A DNA stretch of 64,000 nucleotides, taken from positions 42,348,001 through 42,412,000 of the forward strand of contig OZ076409.1 of NCBI GenBank assembly GCA_964187785.1. The letters run 5' to 3'. The notes beneath the pieces were generated by a model. The model saw nothing but the letters and a program-made list of their open reading frames with translations. It ran no database searches and was not told where the DNA came from. The stretch is from Amphiscolops sp. MND2022. Its lineage: Eukaryota. Shown one piece after another: positions 1 through 9,217 of the stretch. Within the stretch, counting starts at the first letter, position 1. Each line of letters starts with the position of its first letter. The translations under genes were made by a program, and so were the position numbers.

Positions 1-38
1 GTGAATCTGAAAATCAAGCCTCAACATCAAGGCCAACC

Positions 39-1282
39 TTGATGAACGAGTTGCACCCATCTCAGGGTCAACACATGGTGACAGGAGTGTTCCCCCAAAC
101 AGAAGTGCCGCGCCGATCATCAAGCCTACCGCCCCCCAACCAGAAATACCCGGACCACATAGTGGAAAAGCTACTAGAATCGCTAAAGAACGTAACCCAA
201 CAAAATATCGGGCTCCCTAGACTGCCAAAAGCGATGTCAACAACAATGCCTACTTTCAAAGGTAAAAATGACACGTTTGAACACTTCGAAGACCTTTTTA
301 TGACTAGCCTCAAAGTGTATCCCAACATATCCGAAGAAGAGAAAATACACTATTTTCATTCCTTACTCAGGGATGACGCCCTGCAGACATACCGCAATAT
401 GACCGACACAAACCGTGCCAGCCTGGAGGACATCATAACAACCTTCAGACGACGATATGTCCGCCCCCAATCTATCGCAACAGCCCGCTGCAAATGGAAT
501 CAGCTCTATTTTGACCCATCCCAACAAACTTTTCAAGATTTCTTGGAGCAGTATCAAAAACTGGCCCAAGAAGCATACGGAGATGACGCCCCCAAGTTCA
601 TTGAGACCTCCTTCTACGCCAAAATGCCAACCCACCTAAAACGAGTGCTAAACCAGGCAAGGTTAGAAACTGAATCGTACGAAATGATGGTCGAACACCT
701 AGAAAGAGAAATGGAGCTAAACGGACTGTTGGCACCAAACGAGAGCAACATAACAGGAGTGCACCAAATTGACGTGCAAGACCCACAACAAGCTCCGAAC
801 CCCCCAAACCGTCAGGACCATGCTACGGATGTGGGCAATCCGGCCATGTTGTCAAAAATTGCAGAAAAGTAGCCCGCGAAGCTCGCAATCGGGGTAACAG
901 AGTGCCCAACAAAATAGTTGACCCATGCGAAACCTGTGGCAAGAAAAGCTACACAACCGAAGAATGCTACTCAGGCGCCAACTGGGCAAATCGACCACAA
1001 TGGTGGAAAACCCCCAAGGCTACGTCCTCAAACAGCATACCGCTACCACCACAGTCACAAGGTCAGTATGCCAAAACCAATTTACCAGTGACCCAACCGC
1101 CATATCAAAATCAAGCAACCAGCCAATTGGGCTACCTACCTCCTCTTTCAATGACAACCCAACCCCAAACCCAAACTCAGTACCACAACCAGACAACTGG
1201 CCACATGGGATTCATACCTCCCGCGCAAGTGACTACCCAACCTCAAACTCAACCTCAAAACCAAACCCAGTCAAAAAACTAG
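39..1282 (+). pseudogene. gag: gag of element A, one frameshift at the C-run near 800-806
   Basis: ORF 39-872 has a retrotransposon capsid-like region (MPTFKGKNDTFEHFEDLF). The 902-1282 frame read from upstream gives CYGCGQSGHVVKNC and a second knuckle CETCGKKSYTTEEC, then a Q/P-rich tail. Confidence 0.9.
1273..1279 (+). promoter_or_regulatory. -1 ribosomal frameshift slippery heptamer A AAA AAC at the gag/pol junction
   Basis: TCA AAA AAC TAG: X XXY YYZ heptamer in gag phase directly before the gag stop. The -1 frame is the open 925-1674 frame. A small hairpin TGTCG-AAACC-CGACA lies ~30 nt downstream. Confidence 0.75.
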
Positions 1283-2090
1283 CTTTGCCACATCTTCAGT
1301 TTAGGGAGATTGTCGAAACCCGACATTTCACAACATCAGAACCCCCAAATACCTACGACCACGAAGAAAATGACGAGCGACATGAAGAACCATCTCTCGA
1401 CTGGCAGCGAAGATGGCAGATTCACAAGCTCAACAAACAAAATAGACAAAACATGACTAAAAAGAACTACCCCCAATGGTACCTTGACAACCCAACCGAC
1501 TACAGTACCCCAAAACGACCACTACCCGAAAGTACTGCCCCTGAAACCTACATACATGACCCTGACTACAACTGTGACCCCTACCACAATCCCAAAATCT
1601 ACGACCAAACGACTCTAACCTTTAAACAACGAGAGTGTACGCCATTTGAGGAATTTATCAGGAAACTGGGATGAATATCTCGACAGAACCACGTCACAGA
1701 CCGAAGACCGTCCAACCAGTCCCAGAATATGACCAGGACGCGGAACAAGTGACAGAAATAATAGTCGACGAGTCGACTAACAAACCCAAATCCATACTCA
1801 AAGATCACGGATCACAAACAACGGCTCCACAATCGCCACCAAAAAACCAACCAGTTAACCCAATCAGAGCCGGAAGAATACGATCCCCAACAATGGACGT
1901 GGCACCCGACTGCCACCAAAATGAAAATCTCACCGGCAGGACCACGACTGAAGCCGTGGACCTGACCCAAACCACAACAAACACGGAGATAACAATCTCC
2001 ACACCGCAAACAAGGAGAATAAAAAGGTCTCTACTCCTAGAGCCTCTCTCCTACAACGAGGCGTCGTCCTCACTCTCCTCCCCAAGAAGT

Positions 2091-2437
2091 CAGTCCGCAA
2101 ATGAAGTCGAGGACCCTCGGCCCATTACGACTGACGAAACGAACATGCAGTCTCAATCCCTACCCGGTGATGCAAACAGCACACCACCCCAGGACGTACC
2201 TAGGTCCTACCCCAACGAACAGGCTGCAGAATACCCGAATCAAGATCATTCAGGCAGAGGGACACGAGCCCCCCTCTCTTCTAACACCAGGCAGTCCGAA
2301 AATGAGACCGAGAACCCTCGTCCCATTACGATTGCCGCAACCAACATGCAATCTGAATCCCCCTCAGGTGCTGTAAACGACACACCAACCCAGGACGAAC
2401 CCCAGTCCTACCCCCTGGCGCAGATTGCAGAATACCT
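2091..2437 (+). repeat. In-frame diverged direct duplication (201-bp offset) in the pol N-terminal extension
   Basis: QSANEVEDPRPITTDETNMQSQS...AAEY versus QSENETENPRPITIAATNMQSES...IAEY (2091-2236 vs 2292-2437). Confidence 0.85.
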
Positions 2438-4930
2438 CACAAGAGACCCAATCACCAAAGAGGAATGCATCCCAATCTTCTCAGCGGTGACTCTTAAGAA
2501 AAAGAAGAAGATGCTATTCGCCCCAATGGACTTCCAGGACCTGACCCTGGACGCCCTCATTGACTCTGGAGCGCTGGTCAACTGCATCTCCGAAACCGAT
2601 TACAACAAAATCCTTCAGATGTCCCCCAAGGACATAGTCAAAGAAATGGAACCACCCCCGTTCAAACTCCAAGTCGCAAACGGCGATATTGAAGCCCCCA
2701 CCAAAACAATAATCCTCCAATTTGAAATAGGGGACTGGAATTTCAAAGAGACGTTCATTGTTGCAAAACGACTGACAGGCCCAATACTTGGCCTCACATT
2801 CCTGAAAAACAACAGCGCCATTCTGGATGTAAGCCAAGGCCTACTCCACTTCCCCCATCTAACGTACTCAATTGAAACCGACGAGTACACCCGCAACCGA
2901 AAGATGTACAAAGTACAAGTAAAGAATCCAATCACCATTCCTCCTGAAACAACCCAGACAATCACAGCCTACACAGACATAACGTCTACCATCGGCACAA
3001 CCGGTGTCATCAACCCAGCTACCAACCATTATAGCGGTGACCCCCTAGTAGTAGCCAGCTCAATATCTACAGCCTCCAACAGGAAAATTGAGGTAAGGGT
3101 GACCAACACTACCCCCACACCCTACACAATAAAAAAGAACACGACGGTTGCTGAATTCAAAATTATGTCGCCCGAAGAAGCCAAAGAGCTCAAACCGCTC
3201 AACACCGCAGCACTAAAAGTGCTCACGGAGGATGATTCAGAAGATGCGATACTATACATCAACGAACTCCTGAAAACTTCGGACCAACCTTCCCAGAGTC
3301 AAAACTTTTGGTTCCCCACACCAGACAATCCTGGCGACCCTAATACCCACACGCCGATTCAAAGCAGAATACTGAGGGAAATCAAGGAACTGGAAGAGTT
3401 CCAGAAACTGGACCCCAATAACAATGCTGAAGACCGAGAGGCATTCCTCAAAAACTTTAAATGGGATGATTCCCAATTAACAGAAAATGACCAAAACGAC
3501 ATTGAGGAAATCTTGATAGAGTTCAATGACATTTTCGCGAGGCACCGACTAGACATCGGAATCAACCACGACTTTAAAATCAAGCTCACGCCACAAACAG
3601 ACGACCCAGTCTACTCGCAAAGCCTGCCTTGCCCCAATAACTTGAAAGAGGACTTGACGGTGGAACTGGCATTAATGCATTGCTTCGGGATTATAACAAC
3701 CCTCCCGTTCAGCAAGTATGCCAGCCCGATTTTCGCTCAACGAAAGCCGAACGGCCGCCTACGGCTCCTAGTAGATCTCAGAAAGATCAACAACCTGATT
3801 TCCGATGATTACTTCAATAACAATCATCCGGTCAGCACCCTCACGGACGCGGCACAACACCTCGCTGACAAGAAGTTGTTTTGTAAGCTTGATTGCTCAC
3901 AAGCTTACCACGTACTGCAGATGGCAGACCAGAAGTCAGTCCAACTCCTAGCTTTCAACTTCGCCAGCAGGACGTTCGCGTACCTCAGGCTGGCCCAGGG
4001 ACTGAGCCGCTCACTGTCATCCTTCTCAAGCTTCATGAGGGAGTATCTGGACAAAGCCATAAAGGCGGATAAATGCGCCCAATACGTGGACGACATTGGA
4101 ATCGCCACAAACACTCCTGAAGAGTTGAAAAACAATTTGAGAGAGGTCTTCCAATGCATCCGCGCCACAGGACTCCGACTCACAATGGCGAAATGTCAGT
4201 TCGGCGCCAAGGAAGTCGAATTCCTTGGGCGAACGATCTCCCCATCAGGTGTAGCACCCCAGAGCCACAAGATACAGAAATACTTGCAAACACTCAAGTT
4301 CCCCCGAACGAAGAAAGGACTTCAACGATATATCGGATTTGTGAACTATTACAGAAATTACATTCTTCGATTATCCGAGAAGATTGCCCCTTTCCACGAA
4401 CTCATCAAATCTGACAAGCCTGCCAAAATCGACCAAGAGCTCATAGCAAACTTTGAGGCCATCAACAAGTCCTTAGACAACGCGTGCGGGCTCTGGCTCA
4501 AACAGCCGCTGCCAAACCGGCAGTATGTCATGATGACTGACGCCAATTTCAAGAACGCAGGCTACGCCTTAATGACCGAAGAGGACCCAGAACAGAAACT
4601 CACCTCCACCAAGAAAACCTATGCTCCCGTGGCATTTGGATCTAAAACTTTCTCTCCGTCACAATTGAAAATGTCAATTTATGCCAAGGAGTTTTTAGCC
4701 ATCTATTTCGCCTTCATGGAGTATAGTCACATCTTGTGGGGTTCCTCCAAGCCAACCATCGTCCTAACAGACAATAAATCAGTCACAAGGTTTTTTCAAA
4801 CCAAAATGATTCCACCCTCCCTATGGAACGCTTGTGATTTCGTGCTCCAATTCCATTTCAAAATCTTATGTGTTAAGAGATTAAGTGATAAGTGTTAATA
4901 ACTTTAAAGCTATTATCCCATAATTACCAG

Positions 4931-6223
4931 TTAAGATCGATGCATTTTTTCAATAGTGTAGTTGAATTCGTCTAAGGATGTGCGAATGCACAAAGCTGAT
5001 TGGCTAATTCTTGTCGTATCAAATACGATATTTTGTATTATGCTTCGAGCTTGTTCAAGGGTATTTACGATTTCAGCGATTGTTATAAGAATATCTCGGT
5101 TTGGATGATGATACGGTTTTATGATATTCAGAATTTCTGTATATTTCTGTAATTCATCTGTTGGGCGAAAACTTTGTGGTTGAGGAATATCATTTTTGGT
5201 TTTCTTAGGCGATTCTTGTTTTGTCTTTTTATATTCTTTGTGATTTCCATTTGTAAGAAGTGAAAGCAGGTGGGAAATAATGAAAATTAATTCATTATTT
5301 GAATATCCCTTTTTGATCATTGCGTGGAAATAAGACTTTTCACAGTCTCCCAATGGTTGAGAGGCTATTTGTTGAAGTGGAGGAAGAGGATCAGATATAT
5401 GTTGAGGTATATCTTCTTGTAGTAACGAATCGTCGTTTAGAATGAGGTATTCTTGTGGAACAATGATTGGTCTTTTTGGGTTATCATTTGGAAGGAAGAG
5501 AAAACGCTGTTTCAGCGGGTCATAATTTCTAAGTTTTCCTTTTGTTTTGGTATGATCTATTAAATATTCTGAGTTGAAAGTGAATGGCGATGTATATTTG
5601 GAGTTGAAGAATATATAATTATCGGGCTCTTTATATTGAAGGAACTTTTGATAAGTCATATGGTGGGCCTTTTTGATTTGATTTGGCAAAAAATTTGCAT
5701 CATTTTCTTCTGTTCGAAGATCATATGGAGATGGTCTGAGGAAGTTGTATTGAAATGAGAAAATTTTCACTTTATTGTTTAACCACCAATCATATGGGGT
5801 AATCAGTTTTGAAGCAATTGATGTATGATAATCATTTTTAAATTCTCTGATGATGAATTTGTATTTTGTTGGAATCATGTATAACGAAGTTAACTGAGAT
5901 TGAAATGTGAATTGTTTCGACGAGAGAATAGGAACTAATTCACAATCTCTATCTTCATCTTGTTTAATTGGTTTTATGAAAGGAGGGCAAGCGCCAGATT
6001 CCATAAAAGGTTTATCTGCGGTTATATCTGGGTACTTTCTTTTTTGAGATCTTGTGTTAACATGATCTACTTGTTCAATAGGGATATTTATTATAGGATC
6101 TTGAGAGTTGGAGGAAGAGTTATTATCCTCGTTAACATTTTGTTGAATAGTTATATTCAAAGGGGTTGCAAGCAATTCAGAGGGATTAGAGTTAACTACA
6201 TCAATTTCAGGCAATTCTTCCAT
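4931..6223 (-). CDS. ORF5: intact 430-aa orphan accessory protein downstream of env
   Basis: Uninterrupted ATG-to-stop ORF with element-like composition. Acidic/disordered N-terminus, basic KRKYP motif, aromatic-rich core, helical-looking C-terminus. No family recognised. Confidence 0.8.
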   Translation of the reverse strand: MEELPEIDVVNSNPSELLATPLNITIQQNVNEDNNSSSNSQDPIINIPIEQVDHVNTRSQKRKYPDITADKPFMESGACPPFIKPIKQDEDRDCELVPILSSKQFTFQSQLTSLYMIPTKYKFIIREFKNDYHTSIASKLITPYDWWLNNKVKIFSFQYNFLRPSPYDLRTEENDANFLPNQIKKAHHMTYQKFLQYKEPDNYIFFNSKYTSPFTFNSEYLIDHTKTKGKLRNYDPLKQRFLFLPNDNPKRPIIVPQEYLILNDDSLLQEDIPQHISDPLPPLQQIASQPLGDCEKSYFHAMIKKGYSNNELIFIISHLLSLLTNGNHKEYKKTKQESPKKTKNDIPQPQSFRPTDELQKYTEILNIIKPYHHPNRDILITIAEIVNTLEQARSIIQNIVFDTTRISQSALCIRTSLDEFNYTIEKMHRS

Positions 6224-6351
6224 TATTTAAACTTGCGTGTTTTTGTAGAGCTAAAATAATGATTATAACATTTGATTACATTATTTCTAATACTAAGGAA
6301 AAATTTTGTTATGTCTTTTCTATCCATTAAATTGTTTGTTAAAATTAAAGT

Positions 6352-6704
6352 TTAAATTGTACTTACAATATGGGAATACTGGGTCAATGATGGGTTGAAA
6401 ACATCAACAATCACAGTGGCATCTATTCCAGGAATAGAAACTTCTGTGATTTCGGTCGTTTAGATGGACTGAAAATCCAGTTGAAGTCTTCTGGTTGAGA
6501 GTTGAGTTGAGTTGAAAAGGAGAGACCGGTCCGAGTGAGAATTTGGGTGTGAATGAAAGTTGAAACTGAGAAGAATTTGGTTGATAATTTTGTGAACTTT
6601 CTTGAGGTTAATTTGTTTTTTAAATTATTGCTTTTCAGCTAGGAGGGATTGAATTTTTTGAAGACTTTAGCAGGACTTTCCGGTACAGCTATTACATTTG
6701 ACAT
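6352..6704 (-). pseudogene. ORF4: small disrupted ORF overlapping the env tail, paralogous to the ORF3 C-terminal domain
   Basis: Manual translation across at least 2 lesions: MSNVIAVPESPAKVF...FQLSFTPKFSLGPVSPFQLNSTLNQKTSTGFSVHL/TTEITEVSIPGIDATVIVDVFNPSLTQYSHIVSTI*. Confidence 0.55.
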
Positions 6705-9215
6705 TATTGGGTCATAGTCCTGAGAATTAATATCGTTTATATTAGTTGGGTGTGTCTTTTGCGGTGATTGAAATGTTGAATTCTTACTGGAATATTTAGG
6801 AGGTAAATAAGGGGAGTCAGTATCAGAGTGTCTTCGTTTATTGTTTAATTCTTTTTCCGGCAATAGGATATTATCATTTTCACTTGTTGTAATTTTGTGT
6901 TTAGTGTATATCCGTTTTCGTTTTCCTGTATTATTTAAATCGGTTACCATTTCCGATGTAACTATATTAAAAAATCCATGGGCTATTGAACTCAAAATGG
7001 AAATGTTGCTTTGGAGATTATATTTTATGCTAATTGTTCTGTAGAATTTGAGTAAAAATGTTAAAACTTCTCTAATGAAAAGGAATGTTGAAAAATAAAT
7101 TCCACATTGGGTTAAAACATAACATGGGTATCCAAAGAAATTATTGAACGCTTGACTGAACCAGTCAGGGTTAAAAAGTGGTAAAAGATTTAACAAGTGG
7201 TCATGTACTCCAATCCTTAAATGATTATAGGGATTATGTCCTGAGTATGAGTGTTTTTCATTATGCATTGAAATGAAATCATAGCTCAATGATTTTCCAA
7301 GTAATTGAAGAGTTGTGTCTGAATGTTTAGCAAATAATACTCTATTCCAGAATTGATCTAATTCTGCTTTTGAGTATATACCGGCATCTTGGGCGGTAAA
7401 TGTATTAGGAGTGATTGTTGTTTTAATTTGGGTAGGTTTAAACATTTGTGGTGCTTCTCGTTTGAGTGGTTCTGGTGTTAACACATAAAAATCTCCGTCG
7501 TTGGAATCTGGATCTAATTCTATTATATTTTGTGGGTTATTTCCACATTCAATTGGTGTTGCGTAGTTAAAAGTTTGTCTTGTTATTGGGTCAACATACA
7601 TTATCGTTTCTCTGAAGTGTATAGGAATTCTATCAAAGCATTTATCTGCCTTGTATAGTGGTGATATAAAATGAGGGCAATCATACAGCCATGCTGTAGA
7701 TCCTTCAACGTAGAGAAAGTTACTACGATTTCCAGTTAAAAGAAAACCGGCTAATTGGGGATTTTTAACTGACATTGCTAGTATTGCTAACAGTTGAGTT
7801 CTTTCTAGTTCACATATTGTATGAAGAGTGTTTAGTTCTTGTACTGTCATGGATTTAAATACATGATTTATTGTGAAATCAATTTTTGTATTAATGTGGG
7901 CATCATAGTCTAAAGTGGCGAAATTGTTTGATATATTCAATGCAGGGAATATATACCTTTTGTTTGAATCATCATATTTTATATTTCCACTAAATGTTTG
8001 GTCAATTATTGAGTGTGGTTTTGGTAATCCTGTGTTCATATCAAAACCATCTAAGTATGTAACAAAGATGTCATCATATTGTGTTGAAAATAATGGTTCA
8101 GGTTTTCCACAGAAGGTTTGTGCAATTGGGTATATTTCAAATCGAGAAAGGCTTGGATTGCTTACTTTTGATTGTGGTGTTTTTATTTTAGGGTGTTTTG
8201 TTCCTTGTATTCCTTCGGTTTGAAGTTTTTGTGTGATGTTTGAAGTTTCATTGAAGGTATTGGTTTCTATCCAATATCTATCTTTGATTCGTGTCATTCT
8301 ACCAATGAATTCTTGAAGTTGAAATATGAGGCAAAATTTTTCATCAAACCATGTTAATGTATATGGAGTTTTGGTCGTTGGTTTACAAAATCCGTCTGAA
8401 TGATAACATGGTAATATGTGTCCGTCATGTATTAATTGATTGTTTTTATCGTCATAATCTATTGCGGTGTTAACAATTCTAAGTTTCCAACTTTGTCGGG
8501 TAATTAAATGTTCGCGGTCTGATCGACATCTAGAGTATGTATTTTGTGTAACATTAACTATCCAATCAGGATAATTTTTGTCAAATACGAAGGTTCCAAT
8601 ATGCCATGTATTTAATTTTTTTACTCTAAATGGTGTCTGAATTCGTTCAATTGTGTTTTGATAATTATTATCATCGAACAATGAGAAAGAGCTTTGTTTA
8701 TTGTAGTTGTATAATTCTTCGCTATCAGTCGCGTTTAAATATCTGATCATATTTTTGCATTCAATAGGGTCCAATATTTTTGGAAGTTCTAATGTGTTTT
8801 GTCCCCATTGTAAACGATCATATCGTCTACTAGATGTGAATGTTTGTGAACACCAGACTTTCTCAGTCTTTATATTTGCTTCACATTTAAAGGCTTTTAT
8901 TCTTTTGGCTTTTGCTCTAACGTAAACTGTTGCTTGGGTTTTTGTGTGTTGTATATCTGAGGGTGCTTGTTTACATGGTTCTACATTTAATAAACTGAAT
9001 TGTCTTAAGATATTTTGTTTTGCACAATCATAATGAGATACCATTAAGTTTAAAATGTTAGGATCTTGGTTTGAAATATGATTTTCGGAATTGGTGGTGT
9101 CAACTTTGGGAACAGTTGAAGGGTGAACTAAAGAGTGAACTATATTTATTTTATACGTGTATTTAACAATTTGTATTATATATATAAAATGAAAGGTAAA
9201 GGTGATTTGGTTCAT
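6639..9215 (-). CDS. env: Envelope glycoprotein, class III fusogen-like (chuvirus G / herpesvirus gB-type), 858 aa
   Basis: Hydrophobic N-terminus; N-terminal pattern HYDC...FSLLNVEPC...FKC...VWC...PIEC as in chuvirus-like glycoproteins; many Cys and N-x-S/T sites; central coiled segment; C-terminal hydrophobic stretch (YPCYVLTQCGIYFSTFLFIREVLTFLL), then a basic tail. Located 3' of integrase. Confidence 0.82.
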   Translation of the reverse strand: MNQITFTFHFIYIIQIVKYTYKINIVHSLVHPSTVPKVDTTNSENHISNQDPNILNLMVSHYDCAKQNILRQFSLLNVEPCKQAPSDIQHTKTQATVYVRAKAKRIKAFKCEANIKTEKVWCSQTFTSSRRYDRLQWGQNTLELPKILDPIECKNMIRYLNATDSEELYNYNKQSSFSLFDDNNYQNTIERIQTPFRVKKLNTWHIGTFVFDKNYPDWIVNVTQNTYSRCRSDREHLITRQSWKLRIVNTAIDYDDKNNQLIHDGHILPCYHSDGFCKPTTKTPYTLTWFDEKFCLIFQLQEFIGRMTRIKDRYWIETNTFNETSNITQKLQTEGIQGTKHPKIKTPQSKVSNPSLSRFEIYPIAQTFCGKPEPLFSTQYDDIFVTYLDGFDMNTGLPKPHSIIDQTFSGNIKYDDSNKRYIFPALNISNNFATLDYDAHINTKIDFTINHVFKSMTVQELNTLHTICELERTQLLAILAMSVKNPQLAGFLLTGNRSNFLYVEGSTAWLYDCPHFISPLYKADKCFDRIPIHFRETIMYVDPITRQTFNYATPIECGNNPQNIIELDPDSNDGDFYVLTPEPLKREAPQMFKPTQIKTTITPNTFTAQDAGIYSKAELDQFWNRVLFAKHSDTTLQLLGKSLSYDFISMHNEKHSYSGHNPYNHLRIGVHDHLLNLLPLFNPDWFSQAFNNFFGYPCYVLTQCGIYFSTFLFIREVLTFLLKFYRTISIKYNLQSNISILSSIAHGFFNIVTSEMVTDLNNTGKRKRIYTKHKITTSENDNILLPEKELNNKRRHSDTDSPYLPPKYSSKNSTFQSPQKTHPTNINDINSQDYDPIMSNVIAVPESPAKVFKKFNPS

Positions 9216-9217
9216 GG

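Larger units (their letters stand above)
1..4865 (+). mobile_element. Ty3/Gypsy LTR retrotransposon A; 5' end outside the window, 3' end truncated in RNase H
   Basis: Gag with CCHC knuckles, protease LIDSGA, RT YVDD, RNase H (MTDAN...YAKEFLAI...VLTDNKS). Homology stops at VLQFHFKI (~4865), where composition flips from A/C-rich to T/G-rich. Confidence 0.95.
1273..4865 (+). pseudogene. pol: pol of element A (long N-terminal extension, PR, RT, partial RNase H); frameshift near 1670; integrase absent
   Basis: ORF 1671-4898: DALIDSGALVN, ASPIFAQRKPNGRLRLLVDLRKIN, KLDCSQAYH, AQYVDDIGI, EFLG, RNase H motifs. The last 10 residues of the ORF run into element B sequence. Confidence 0.93.
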
